A DNA stretch of 64,000 bases from an uncultured bacterium (GTDB lineage: Bacteria; Patescibacteriota; JACMRA01), in NCBI GenBank assembly GCA_963784355.1, contig CAWAQU010000012.1, positions 1 through 64,000 on the forward strand, read 5' to 3'. Below, one piece after another: positions 8,998-19,687 of the stretch. A program made the position numbers and the translations under genes. Under the pieces are notes generated by a model, which saw nothing but the letters and a program-made list of their open reading frames with translations, ran no database searches and was not told where the DNA came from. Each line of letters opens with the position of its first letter. The stretch's first letter is position 1.

Positions 8998-10113
8998 TTA
9001 ATTATTATAAACAAACTCGACAATTTTATCTACTCCATTTTCTAGCTCCAAATTTTCATAATTTTCTTTGATCTGCGTAATCTCATTTTCACTTGAGAGT
9101 AGTATATGAACTTTTTTGGATAGGCTTTGAATATTTGGTTCATATAATCCAATTTTTGAGTGAACTACAAAATCTTTATTGCCCAATTCCTGCTCCCACA
9201 GATAGCTATTAATCAAAATAGGCTTTTCTAGCTTAGCTGCTTCAAAGATTATACCCGGACCAGCTTTAGTCACAATCACGTCAGCCAGATTCATCAGCTC
9301 ATAAACCTCAGTCGAAAAACCATAGATATAGATACTATCTCGTTTTAAACTGCTTTTCAACTCTTCAGCTCTTCTTTTTAAATTTTCATTTTTTCCACAG
9401 ACCAAAACGATATTTCCCTCAATATTTTCCTGTGCAATGGTTTTTAAGATTGTAAACCCATGATTAAGACCCTCACCACCACCAATAATCAATATAGTTT
9501 TACCGGATCCGATTCGCATTTTCTCTCTAAACTCAGCTATTTCTTGTTTATTCATAGCCTGATCAAACTTTTTGGCAATTATAGGTCCAAACGTATGTAG
9601 TTTTTCTTCTTTCACGCCATAAGTAACTGCCAAATTTTTAGCTTCTTTGCTGTAAACAATAAATTTTTGATTTTGATTTAAAGTCCAAACAGGATGAAAG
9701 ACAAAAGGATCGGTAATTACAGTAAATACTCCAGGTTTATAATCTTCAAACTTCAAAATCGAGTTTAAAAAATGACCGAAAAAGTAGGTATTTACAATTT
9801 TGTCCGGCTTGTGCTCATTAATCAGTCTCTTAAGCTCGGGAATCATTAAAATCTGCCCAAAAAAATGAGTAATTAGTAAAATAGGCAAAAATTTATTGAG
9901 CCAATAGAAAAAAGCCCATAAGTAGTTGAATCTGTTTGTAAATATGCTATAAACAGCCTCGCTTAGACTCTTTTTAAATCCTGCATTGCCTGTACCATCA
10001 GCTAAAATGACTTCCACATCATCTCCATACTGCCTAGTAAAGCTTTCAGCCAGAGCTTTGGCGGCAAACTGGTGACCGCCTCCATATTTAGCGTAAAGTA
10101 TTAAAATTTTCAT
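8998..10113 (-). CDS. MGDG synthase/UgtP-like GT28 glycosyltransferase
   Basis: GGGH..AA, VITD..HPVW, GGGEG, VCGKN, TKAGPG, EQELGN motifs. Confidence 0.85.
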   Translation of the reverse strand: MKILILYAKYGGGHQFAAKALAESFTRQYGDDVEVILADGTGNAGFKKSLSEAVYSIFTNRFNYLWAFFYWLNKFLPILLITHFFGQILMIPELKRLINEHKPDKIVNTYFFGHFLNSILKFEDYKPGVFTVITDPFVFHPVWTLNQNQKFIVYSKEAKNLAVTYGVKEEKLHTFGPIIAKKFDQAMNKQEIAEFREKMRIGSGKTILIIGGGEGLNHGFTILKTIAQENIEGNIVLVCGKNENLKRRAEELKSSLKRDSIYIYGFSTEVYELMNLADVIVTKAGPGIIFEAAKLEKPILINSYLWEQELGNKDFVVHSKIGLYEPNIQSLSKKVHILLSSENEITQIKENYENLELENGVDKIVEFVYNN

Positions 10114-10121
10114 TAAATTAA

Positions 10122-12317
10122 TTAGCTTTCCCTAACTCTAAAGTAGTGATCCCTCTTTTTACCTATCTTACATTCCACTACTAAAAACTTACGTCCCATA
10201 AACTGAATAAAGGCTTGTTTTTTCAACAATTTCTCAGGCCATTCTACAAAAATTACACTTGAGGTGTTGATAAATTCCTCTTCAATCCATTTCAAATCCT
10301 CGTCTGTAATATTTTTCAATCTATGCAAATCCATGTGACAAACCTGCTCAAAGTTACCGGTTTTAACTGCCGGAGATGATGTCTTAAGTTGGTATTTCTG
10401 CATTAAAGCAAAGGTTGGAGATGAAGCCGCTATGGTTGTACCTAACTTTTTACAAATTTCTTGTACCAAAGTAGTTTTTCCGGCTCCCATATCTCCTCTG
10501 AGGAAGTATAGACTGCAATTTTGAGAAATTACTTGGGCAGTAATAATATCTACAGCAACTTCAAGTGCAATCTTTTTATTCATCGGTACATCAGTAATCT
10601 TGGTCTCATCTCTTCTAAAGCTACTTGGAGAGAAGGTTTGTGGGTTAAGTCCTTCTAAAAAGTCAACTAATTTGAAGCTTTCAGGATGCTGACGGATTTT
10701 ATTAAGTGCAACTTCTTCAATCTGTCTAACTCTTTCACGAGTTACATTAAATACTTCACCAATTTCTTCTAAAGTATGGGCAATTCCGGTACCGTCCAAA
10801 CCAAATCTAAGTAAAATAACCTTTTTCTCTCTTGGTTCCAAACAGTCGTCGATAATTCGGATAATATGATTTCTAAGTACACGATTAGATGCTTCATCAA
10901 CAGGTTGCGCAGTAGCTTCATCTTCAATCATTTCTACCATGTGGGTGTCGCTATCTTCAGAAAAACCTACTAAAGTATCAATAGAAACCGTATCCTGACT
11001 AATTCTCTTAAAGTAAAAAATTGTATCAATATCTACTTCTAGCTTTTCTGCCAACTCATCATCGGTCGGTTCACGGCCCAATTCATCAATTAGAGCTCTT
11101 TTCTCTCGTCTATATCTGTTTAGTTTTTCTTCTACGTGGACAGGTAAACGTACAGGGCGACTTTGATCTGCCAGTGCTCTTCTAATACTTTGCTCAATCC
11201 AGTAACTGGCATAAGTTGAAAATTTATAACCACGTCTCCAGTCAAATTTCTCTACAGCTCTCAATAGTCCGATATTTCCTTCTTGAATTAAATCTAAAAA
11301 GGCTAAATTTCGCCCCATATATTTTTTTGCTGCATGCACAACAAGTCTAAGATTAGCATTGTTCAATTCTCTTTTTGCTGCTTGATCCCCTTGTTCGATA
11401 CGCTTAGATAAGTCAACCTCTTCCTCTTTATTTAAAAGCGGGTAACGCGAAATATCACGAATGTAGTTTTGTACAGCGTCATCCTTTAATTCTTCCCCTC
11501 CCACGTCACCGGCAAGACTTCCGGACAATTTCTCAGCAAGTTCCAGTTCCTGCTTTTTCATGGCTTCCTCATCCTCTAGTACATTCCAAAGATTATCTAA
11601 AGTATTCTCATAGCTAATTGGTGCACCGCTATCTTCACACAAATCCATTATATCTTCTAAAAGCCTGACATTTCGCTCCGGAAACGGCAACATGTATAAA
11701 ATCTCATCCTCAGTTACAAAGCCTCTAGTGATACCTTGCTTGATCATTTCTACTACTTTTGCCTGGAATTCAATAGACTCAGCTTCAAAGGTAGGATACA
11801 ATGAGTTATCATTTTCTATAAATTTCTTTAAAGTTTTGCCTTGATTTTTATTGGCTCTCTGCTTTGTCACTTTCTTCATTTTGATTCTTACACCGTCCTC
11901 AGTGACTTTATAACGTCTACTACCTCTTTGTTCGATAGAATCATCATCTAGAGCTAATTGTCTATTTAAATCAGATGTAGAAATTAAGTTCAAGCCTAAA
12001 ATACCTTTTCTAGTTACAAGTTCATTAGGTTTAGCTTCTCGGGGGCCGTTAAATTCATCAAGCTCATCGGCTTTTAAACCGTCAACTTCCTCACCCTCCA
12101 CTGCTGCTACTTTGAGCAATTCTTCATCTACTACTTTTGGCTCAGCAGGTTTTGCTTTAAAAATTTTAGTAATTTTTGGGGTTTTGGCCTTAGAGGTTTT
12201 TGCCGACCCAATGGTCAGCCTTTTACGTTCAGCAGAAGACTTTTTACCTTTTTTCTCAGATGTTTCAGATTCGTTGGTATTGGCTTTGAGGGTTTCAGCG
12301 ATAGTTTTTTTAGACAT
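10122..12317 (-). CDS. rpoD: Primary sigma factor RpoD with C-terminal TsaE (YjeE) ATPase domain
   Basis: [41 protein letters not shown]; then in frame [29 protein letters not shown]. Confidence 0.9.
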   Translation of the reverse strand: MSKKTIAETLKANTNESETSEKKGKKSSAERKRLTIGSAKTSKAKTPKITKIFKAKPAEPKVVDEELLKVAAVEGEEVDGLKADELDEFNGPREAKPNELVTRKGILGLNLISTSDLNRQLALDDDSIEQRGSRRYKVTEDGVRIKMKKVTKQRANKNQGKTLKKFIENDNSLYPTFEAESIEFQAKVVEMIKQGITRGFVTEDEILYMLPFPERNVRLLEDIMDLCEDSGAPISYENTLDNLWNVLEDEEAMKKQELELAEKLSGSLAGDVGGEELKDDAVQNYIRDISRYPLLNKEEEVDLSKRIEQGDQAAKRELNNANLRLVVHAAKKYMGRNLAFLDLIQEGNIGLLRAVEKFDWRRGYKFSTYASYWIEQSIRRALADQSRPVRLPVHVEEKLNRYRREKRALIDELGREPTDDELAEKLEVDIDTIFYFKRISQDTVSIDTLVGFSEDSDTHMVEMIEDEATAQPVDEASNRVLRNHIIRIIDDCLEPREKKVILLRFGLDGTGIAHTLEEIGEVFNVTRERVRQIEEVALNKIRQHPESFKLVDFLEGLNPQTFSPSSFRRDETKITDVPMNKKIALEVAVDIITAQVISQNCSLYFLRGDMGAGKTTLVQEICKKLGTTIAASSPTFALMQKYQLKTSSPAVKTGNFEQVCHMDLHRLKNITDEDLKWIEEEFINTSSVIFVEWPEKLLKKQAFIQFMGRKFLVVECKIGKKRDHYFRVRES

Positions 12318-12440
12318 TTGGCAAGTATAGATTAGATAAAGTTATATTATAGCAAATTTTTTGTTTTTATACAATAATACTACAAGTTTTAAGTAAAAAA
12401 GGTTACAAAAAGGCACTCTTCTCTTGACGAAGTTTTTCTT

Positions 12441-13508
12441 ATGGTATTACTTTATTTAACAGATTGTCAAACATACAATATTATGTCTGCTAAAAAACCT
12501 CATATGAACAATACAAAAGGTACAATAATTGATGCTTCAAGAAAACCGGAAACATCTGCAAAGCCTGTAGTCGAAGCCCAGCAAGCTACACCAGTTTCTA
12601 AAACCGAAACCCCACAAGGTGTTAAACCTGCAGACACTTTTAAAAATTTTCTTAAAAGGCTTAATCTGACGGTTAACCAGATTCTAGCTCTGTTAATTGG
12701 TTTATCAGCTATTGCTGCAACTTTATGGGTTGGTTTTTATTTGATCCCTCATATCACAGATCAAACTGATGAGGCTGTGGCTTTAAAGACTAAAAAAGAA
12801 AAGGAAGAGAAAGAAGCTAAGGACAAAAAAGACCTAGAGGATAAGTTGAGTTCCGAATCGTCAGCACTTAAATTAAATGAAAAAAGTGAATGGCTTTTAG
12901 ATATGAAAGTTAAGGTAGGCGATGCAGAGGCCACAGATATTAAAATTGCAATGAATAAAAACTGGGCCCCTAAAACCGTAGAGAATTTTCTCAGGCTTAG
13001 TTATAGAGGGTATTATAACGGTCTCAACTTTCACCGCATGGTAGAAGAAAAAGATTTTAGTGTTATTCAAGGAGGTGATCCTCAAGGAACAGGACAAGGG
13101 GGAGAAAGTAGTTTTGGCACAGGGGTAGGGGTACCTGACGAATTATGGGAAATTAAGCCTGTTGTAAGTTCTTCTGAAACTGAAAATCAAATTACAAATG
13201 ATCCTAAATTTAGAGAACCGAGCCTATACGCTGATTTTGACAAGACTAGAGGTACGGTAACTTATAGAAAGGGACTTATATTAATGGCAAAAACTCAGGA
13301 ACCTGACTCAGCTACCAGCCAATTCTTTATTACACTTGATAAAACAATCTTACCTGCAGAATATACTGTATTTGGAGTGATTAGTACTGAAAGCATGGGT
13401 GTACTTGATACTATCTCTAAAGATGTAGATCCTGAAACAAACCCTGAAAACCCTAATCAAACAAAACCAAGTAAAACAATCAAAATTGAAAAAGTTGAAG
13501 TAGTTTAA
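12441..13508 (+). CDS. Membrane-anchored cyclophilin-type peptidyl-prolyl isomerase (true start probably downstream, ~12483)
   Basis: APKTVENF, GYYNGLNFHR, IQGGDP.GTG.GG, SQFFIT, YTVFG; one TM helix. Confidence 0.85.
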   Translation: MVLLYLTDCQTYNIMSAKKPHMNNTKGTIIDASRKPETSAKPVVEAQQATPVSKTETPQGVKPADTFKNFLKRLNLTVNQILALLIGLSAIAATLWVGFYLIPHITDQTDEAVALKTKKEKEEKEAKDKKDLEDKLSSESSALKLNEKSEWLLDMKVKVGDAEATDIKIAMNKNWAPKTVENFLRLSYRGYYNGLNFHRMVEEKDFSVIQGGDPQGTGQGGESSFGTGVGVPDELWEIKPVVSSSETENQITNDPKFREPSLYADFDKTRGTVTYRKGLILMAKTQEPDSATSQFFITLDKTILPAEYTVFGVISTESMGVLDTISKDVDPETNPENPNQTKPSKTIKIEKVEVV

Positions 13509-13653
13509 TCAAATCAATTTTAATAAGTTGAAGCAACTAATTCAGTTTTTGGTTCCAGCCATTTTTTATTAGCTATAACTGGTATTAAATAATTTTTGTA
13601 GATTCTGATCTGAAATCTGACACATTTTCTCACAGAGAACTTAAAATCTCATT

Positions 13654-14472
13654 ATGAATATAAATCAAACAATACCAAACAAACTATTTACTACCATACT
13701 AGGTTCGTTTTTTCTAGCTCTACTAGTCTTACAAATTATAGGTTTTGCATTATTTGATATAGTAAAAGTTGACGAGCGAGAAGTAGCTGTGATTACCAGA
13801 TTTGGCCAGGTTACCGATACTAAAGGTCCAGGTTGGTATTTCAAAACACCTTGGATTGACAGCCACGCAGCCACTTATGATTCAGGCATTCAATCCACAA
13901 CTGCAGAAGCTACATCAGCCACTAAAGACCAGCAAACAGTCAAAATTAAAGTCAATGTACAGTACAAATTGGATGCTACTAAAGCCAAGGAGCTTTACCA
14001 AATGATCAAAAATCAGGCTTATTTAAACGACTCGGTTATTCCTCCTTTTATTCAAGAAGCAGTTAAATCCAGCTCAGCTAAGTACACTGCTACAGAGCTA
14101 TTGGACAAGCGAGACATTGTAAAAACAAATATTGAAGATGCACTACAATCAAGGTTAAAGGAGTATTACAGTACTGTAATTGCAGTAAACTTGGAAAATA
14201 TAGATTGGTCCGAGCAATTTGATAAAGCAATTGAAGCTAAAGTAATTGCCGAGCAAGACGCTTTAAGAAAAAAACAAGAATTGGAGCAAACCAAAATTCA
14301 ATCCGAAATCGATATCACTAAAGCAAAAGCAGATGCACAAGCAACTATCATAAGAGGTGAAGCGATTAGACAAAATCCAGAAACTTTAGAAAAAGCTAAA
14401 ATTGATAAATGGGATGGTAAATTGCCTCAAGTGCAAGGGTCAAATGATGTAATAATTGATTTGAAAAAATAA
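13654..14472 (+). CDS. SPFH/prohibitin family protein
   Basis: N-terminal TM, VITRFG, TKDQQTV, AIEAKVIAEQ, KWDGKLPQV. Confidence 0.9.
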   Translation: MNINQTIPNKLFTTILGSFFLALLVLQIIGFALFDIVKVDEREVAVITRFGQVTDTKGPGWYFKTPWIDSHAATYDSGIQSTTAEATSATKDQQTVKIKVNVQYKLDATKAKELYQMIKNQAYLNDSVIPPFIQEAVKSSSAKYTATELLDKRDIVKTNIEDALQSRLKEYYSTVIAVNLENIDWSEQFDKAIEAKVIAEQDALRKKQELEQTKIQSEIDITKAKADAQATIIRGEAIRQNPETLEKAKIDKWDGKLPQVQGSNDVIIDLKK

Positions 14473-14473
14473 T

Positions 14474-15673
14474 ATGTCCCAAAAATACGACTTTCAAACA
14501 TTAAAAAAAGCAATTTTATTTAATACTGTAGAAGTTTTGCCAACTGATGAAAAGCAATTGGATGAAGAGATAAAAGTTTTGGTTGAGGAAGCTAACAAAT
14601 CTAATAAGCCAATTAGGCACTATATAGGTTTTGAAATTAGTGGCCAAATTCATATAGGTACGGGCATGATGACAGCTCTAAAAATCAAAGCTTTGCAAGA
14701 TGCCGGAGTGGCCTGCTCCATATTCTTGGCTGACTATCATACATATCTAAACAACAAACTTGATGGGAGCTTGGAAACTATCAGAAAAGTAGCTAAAACC
14801 TATTTTGGTTCTGTAATGCTCAAGTGTTGTGAAATAGTAGGCTGCGACGTGGAAAAAGTTGAGATTGTTTACGCTGAAGAGCTCTATAAAAAACAAGTAA
14901 ATAACCAAGACATTTTGAGTTTTTATCTCAGTGTATCAAAACAACTTACTTTAAACAGAGTTATTAAATCTATTACAGTTACAGGAAAAGAAGCTGGAGA
15001 AAATGTAGAATTTGGTTTACTCATGTACCCACCTTTGCAGGTAGCGGACGCTTTTTTCATGCAAACTCATTTGGTGCACGCCGGAATTGATCAGAGAAAG
15101 TGTCATGTACTCATGAGAGAAGTGGCAGGAGGGCTTGCAGAAAATTTTGCTTTAAAAATAAATGACAAAAAAATTAAACCAATCGCTATCCACCACCACT
15201 TACTCTTAAGCTTAGGCGTGACAGCTGAAGATGCTAAAACTCGCATGGATTCAGTAGCTGCGGAGTCTTTAAAAATGTCAAAATCAAAGCCTGATTCAGC
15301 AGTTTGGGTGACAGATAGCTATGACGAAATTTTCAGAAAACTGAAAAAAGCCTACTGCCCAATTCCAGATAAATCTCAAACTTTAGAAGAAATTAAAGAA
15401 GCCCAAAATCTAAATCCTGTTTTGAACTGGTGTAAAAATTTGATTTTTGCTGCTCATAAAGAGATTAAAATTGAAAGAAAGCCTGAGTGGGGAGGGGATT
15501 TAAGCTATTCCACGTATCAAGATTTAGAAAAAGATTATTTTGCCGGAAACTTACACCCTTTAGATTTAAAAACCGGAGTAGCAAAATGTTTGGCTGATTG
15601 GTTTAGTCCAATTTGTGAATATGTGAAGCAAAATCCTGAAGGTTTAGAACTAATCATAAAATCTAGAAAGTAA
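14474..15673 (+). CDS. tyrS: Tyrosine--tRNA ligase, archaeal/eukaryotic type
   Basis: YIGFEISGQIHIG, YPPLQVAD, AGIDQRK, KMSKS, KAYCP, LHPLDLK; no S4 domain. Confidence 0.9.
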   Translation: MSQKYDFQTLKKAILFNTVEVLPTDEKQLDEEIKVLVEEANKSNKPIRHYIGFEISGQIHIGTGMMTALKIKALQDAGVACSIFLADYHTYLNNKLDGSLETIRKVAKTYFGSVMLKCCEIVGCDVEKVEIVYAEELYKKQVNNQDILSFYLSVSKQLTLNRVIKSITVTGKEAGENVEFGLLMYPPLQVADAFFMQTHLVHAGIDQRKCHVLMREVAGGLAENFALKINDKKIKPIAIHHHLLLSLGVTAEDAKTRMDSVAAESLKMSKSKPDSAVWVTDSYDEIFRKLKKAYCPIPDKSQTLEEIKEAQNLNPVLNWCKNLIFAAHKEIKIERKPEWGGDLSYSTYQDLEKDYFAGNLHPLDLKTGVAKCLADWFSPICEYVKQNPEGLELIIKSRK

Positions 15674-15867
15674 TTAGTACTCTGGTCAGTGCTACTAAAC
15701 TCTGTTAAAAAGATTTTTATATACAACCAAAGCTCAAATAAGGCTTTATTCATAGTGTTTTCTGAAGATATTTACTTCAATTTTACAGATAATTTTCATG
15801 TACTTGCATAAATTAATTTTTTGAGCTATAATACAGCCAACAACAAAAATAATAAAAACAAAACAAT

Positions 15868-16623
15868 ATGTTTGGCTTATTCAAAAAAGGTAAAAAGCAT
15901 GATAGTACAAACTTAGAAAGTACTGCAAATACCTCAAAAGAAAATAATGTACCAGTTTGGGATGAAAACTTATCTTGGACCCAAGATGACAGGAAAAAAG
16001 ATGTATACGTCAATGGATTTGACCCTGAGGGAGATGATATTGGCAAGATAGATTCAAGCAATTATTCTGGTCCTCTAATGGGAGATAGAGAGTCTTTAAA
16101 TCGTACGCCAATAACCGTCCTTGTTGAAAAATTAGAAAACTATCCTAAACTAGAAGAAATTCAAAAGAGAAAACAAGACTTTGAAGCAAATATCGCACGT
16201 CTGGAACAAGCTAAAAATGCTTTGGAAGTCATCACAAAAAATCAACAAGACATTAGCCCTTCTCTCATGTATGCATTGACCATTGTTGATTCCGATTTAA
16301 GACAGTCAGTTGTAGACCAGCAAACATATGAATCTAAATTAAAAGCTGAATTGGAAGCGGTTGAGTCATTGTTAAGTCAATTTGAAAACACTCCTGAATA
16401 CGAAAAAGTTCTGATTTTACTGGGATTTTACGGTTTTGAAAAAAATTATAAAGAACCACTATCTCACATTTTTTTAGCTAAGCCTAAACTAAAAGAAAAT
16501 ACAGCTGTGACCTATAGTGCAATTTCCACAAAAATTCAAACTCAAGAAAAAAAGAAAAGACAAATCAAAGTTATAGATGATGAAGAAAATATTAGCTTAG
16601 ATGTGGCCACCGCTTTAGCCTAA
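15868..16623 (+). CDS. Hypothetical coiled-coil protein (paralog of 51138-51776)
   Basis: 251-aa ORF; shared W..NLSW, NYSG, LVE.LE..P, NIA.L..AK, ESKL, NTPE motifs. Confidence 0.7.
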   Translation: MFGLFKKGKKHDSTNLESTANTSKENNVPVWDENLSWTQDDRKKDVYVNGFDPEGDDIGKIDSSNYSGPLMGDRESLNRTPITVLVEKLENYPKLEEIQKRKQDFEANIARLEQAKNALEVITKNQQDISPSLMYALTIVDSDLRQSVVDQQTYESKLKAELEAVESLLSQFENTPEYEKVLILLGFYGFEKNYKEPLSHIFLAKPKLKENTAVTYSAISTKIQTQEKKKRQIKVIDDEENISLDVATALA

Positions 16624-16687
16624 GCTCTTACTCATAATCATAGGTAACCAAAATTTCCAATATAAAAACACAAAAATAAAAATAAAT

Positions 16688-17245
16688 ATGTTTGACTTCT
16701 TTAGAAAAAAGAAAACCACAGTTATTGAGCCCTCAAGCCAATTAAATTCTAAACTCAATTTGAATTCTCAAGCCCCGCAAACGGCAATGGTGGAATTTAC
16801 GCCTGAACTGCAACCTGTAATACAGGAAAATTCTCAAGTCGTAGCGCTAGATTTTGTTTCTGCAAACCCTGTTCCCCAAAATTCCACGGTATCTACGTCA
16901 GTGCAAACCAAAACCGGCTCTATTTCAAATAGTGATGACAGTGAGATATTTGACTTTGTAAATGCTTTGGTAATGGCTATTTTAGGTCTTAGAATAGAAG
17001 AGTTACCTTCAGACAAAGCTCAAGAGGTTGCGCAAGAGTGTTTAAATATTTTTTCAAACTACATTATCAAATATGTAGCTACGAAATATGGCGAAAAAGA
17101 CGCTATTAGGCTCAAAGCTTCACAACAATTTTATGATGATAAGATTTTTGCTAAATTTGAAGATTTGGGTAGCAAATTTGATGATGCTTACATTTCATTT
17201 ATCGAGCTTTTAAAAAGCAGCACAGCAGTAACACAAAAAATATAA
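16688..17245 (+). CDS. Hypothetical protein
   Basis: 185-aa ORF with A-rich leader, MFDFFRKKK start. Confidence 0.65.
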   Translation: MFDFFRKKKTTVIEPSSQLNSKLNLNSQAPQTAMVEFTPELQPVIQENSQVVALDFVSANPVPQNSTVSTSVQTKTGSISNSDDSEIFDFVNALVMAILGLRIEELPSDKAQEVAQECLNIFSNYIIKYVATKYGEKDAIRLKASQQFYDDKIFAKFEDLGSKFDDAYISFIELLKSSTAVTQKI

Positions 17246-17272
17246 AAAACCAAAATAAAAATAAAAATAGAT

Positions 17273-19687
17273 ATGTCAATTTTACTTGATAGACGAGAAA
17301 ATAGAAACTTTTTAAAGGTGATGTTTGGCCCTGAGTCAATGCCTAGTAGTTCTGGTGTCAAAGTCCAACCTAAAGCGTTTGATTTGGGAAAGCAAACTAA
17401 AAATACAGTTATTGCTCATCAAGAAATAGCAGCCCGCATAAATAAAAAGAATTTGGGTGCGATGGAATTTATAAAAACAAATACTCCACCTGAACCAAAA
17501 TCTATAGATGGGGCAATGGTTCCCTTCAATAAACAAAGTAATTTAGCAAAACCTCAGACTCAAATTAATGCAGCCCTTGTAAAGCCGGAAATCAGAAGTA
17601 ATAGCAATTTGCTTGGTACCGCGAAACCAAATGGTGGGGAGGCTAAACAAAATCTTGATGAGCAAAAAGGTGGAATAGATTTATCTGTTGATCCAAATAT
17701 TAAGCAAACAGTAGAGGTTGAGGCTATAGTGAAGATTCCTGATAAGGATGTAGAGTTAGTTGATCCTTTAAAAGATGTAAGCAATCAAACCAAAATAGCA
17801 ATTCAACAAACCCAAGAAAAATTTGCTTTACCCCAGGCTACTACAGAACAGGAAAAGCTCAAAAATCAAAAAAATGTTGAAGCCGGTATTAATAACCTTG
17901 AGATTAAATCTAAAGTTGCAAAAGAAAAATGGCCTAACATAAAAAAACTAGGTGTTATTTTTGGTTCAATAATTACAAATTTGGAAACCAAAGGTACTGA
18001 ATTTGCAAAGAATATGGGCACTGGGATAGGTAACTATCTTGAAAAATTTGCCGATAAAATTAATGCAGATACTGAGAATATTAAAGATAAAACGGCACAT
18101 AATCAACCATTAATTCCTGAGATAAATAATACTGAAATCCAACAATTTAGCCAGCCATTACCAGAGTTACAGCCAGTAGCCGGATTTCTAAATCCTTCAA
18201 AAGAGCCCGAATTAAACACACCTAACACATCAAAACTTAATCCTACAATTGAACTAAGTCCAAAACTTGAAACACAGCAAAATCAAGTCCTAGATAAAGC
18301 ATTGGGAACTTTAAATAAGTTGAACGAACAATATAAAATCTTGCAAGAACAAAGATTAAATCCGCAATCTGATAAAAATTTGAGCGAGACTATTATTAAC
18401 AATGCTGAGGGTAGTAAGGTGAAAGTAGAACAACCTAAAATTGATCCTACAATTGAAAACAGAATTACTGCACTCCAAGGAAAATTAAATAACCCTATTA
18501 ATCTAGGCAACTTAACAATAGATCAATTAAAAGAGCTTTTGAAATCAAAAGAAGAACTTGAAATATTACAAAGTCAGACAAAAAATCTTGAGGTAAACAC
18601 TAAAATTCAACCCGGTTCCAAAAATAATTATAATACGGAAGCAATAACAAACCCGGAATTAAAAATACCCGGAGGCACTCCTAATGCTCCCGTAGCAGCT
18701 TTACGTGGAAAAAACGGTCAGAAGGTTTTATTGCCACTTATCATCTCCTCTGATATCAAGGTATATAACAATGCTATTAATCAGGTCCGCAAAAATGTAC
18801 CCACTCTTGCAGCGTACAATCCTACAGTGAATATTAGTGACGGTAATTATACAATATTATCTAATTTTAAACCTGATGCGTTAATAGAAATCATATATCC
18901 AAAGACAGATGTAAAAGATTTGGCAGAAAATAATGCTGAATCTAGAGAGGAAATACAAATGACATCTAATGGTTTTTTTAATACCCTAAAAAATTTAGAG
19001 GAAATAAGAAAAAACACTTTCAATACAAAACCTGAGTATAATGCAAGACTTGATAAATTTTATAAAATTTTAGCTGGGAGACCAAATGGTGTACTAAATC
19101 AACTAGTTGGTGCACCGGAGTCTGGGAATGAGGAAAAGACAGTTAGTCAGAGAATAAAATTGAAACATTCCATCTTGGCTGACAAAAATGAAGTTACTGG
19201 TAAAGCAGCAGAAATTCTAAACCCGGAAACTGTAAACAAAGTTAAAGCACAAACAGAAGAAATATTTGATAGGGATGTAAAATTAACTGAGGCTGGAGCA
19301 AACAATATCCGCTTTCAAGAAATTAAAAACCGTATAATTGCAAACAGGCACCAACAGCAATTTGCCGAGTTAGGTTATAATTTTAGTAAGGGAGTCGCTA
19401 AATTGACTGCTGAAAAAGGCTTTGATTCTAGAAATGAAGATCAAAGAAATCAAGTTGCCCTAGAGCAGTTTAGAAATATGATGCTAGATCCCGAAAACAA
19501 AACTAACCTAGTTTTAAGATCTGCTGGGAATTATATTTTTAACAAATTGACAGAAGCAAATCCTGAAAGTCCTGCAGAAGATATTTATAGAAATTTTATA
19601 CAAGGTGAATTGGTACCAGGTGATAAAGACTATGGCATTTTGGCAAAAATTATTGCTGATACAATGGAAGTAAACGTCCAAAAATAG
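17273..19687 (+). CDS. Large low-complexity (N/K/Q/E/P-rich) hypothetical protein
   Basis: 804-aa uninterrupted ORF, no recognised domain. Confidence 0.7.
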   Translation: MSILLDRRENRNFLKVMFGPESMPSSSGVKVQPKAFDLGKQTKNTVIAHQEIAARINKKNLGAMEFIKTNTPPEPKSIDGAMVPFNKQSNLAKPQTQINAALVKPEIRSNSNLLGTAKPNGGEAKQNLDEQKGGIDLSVDPNIKQTVEVEAIVKIPDKDVELVDPLKDVSNQTKIAIQQTQEKFALPQATTEQEKLKNQKNVEAGINNLEIKSKVAKEKWPNIKKLGVIFGSIITNLETKGTEFAKNMGTGIGNYLEKFADKINADTENIKDKTAHNQPLIPEINNTEIQQFSQPLPELQPVAGFLNPSKEPELNTPNTSKLNPTIELSPKLETQQNQVLDKALGTLNKLNEQYKILQEQRLNPQSDKNLSETIINNAEGSKVKVEQPKIDPTIENRITALQGKLNNPINLGNLTIDQLKELLKSKEELEILQSQTKNLEVNTKIQPGSKNNYNTEAITNPELKIPGGTPNAPVAALRGKNGQKVLLPLIISSDIKVYNNAINQVRKNVPTLAAYNPTVNISDGNYTILSNFKPDALIEIIYPKTDVKDLAENNAESREEIQMTSNGFFNTLKNLEEIRKNTFNTKPEYNARLDKFYKILAGRPNGVLNQLVGAPESGNEEKTVSQRIKLKHSILADKNEVTGKAAEILNPETVNKVKAQTEEIFDRDVKLTEAGANNIRFQEIKNRIIANRHQQQFAELGYNFSKGVAKLTAEKGFDSRNEDQRNQVALEQFRNMMLDPENKTNLVLRSAGNYIFNKLTEANPESPAEDIYRNFIQGELVPGDKDYGILAKIIADTMEVNVQK

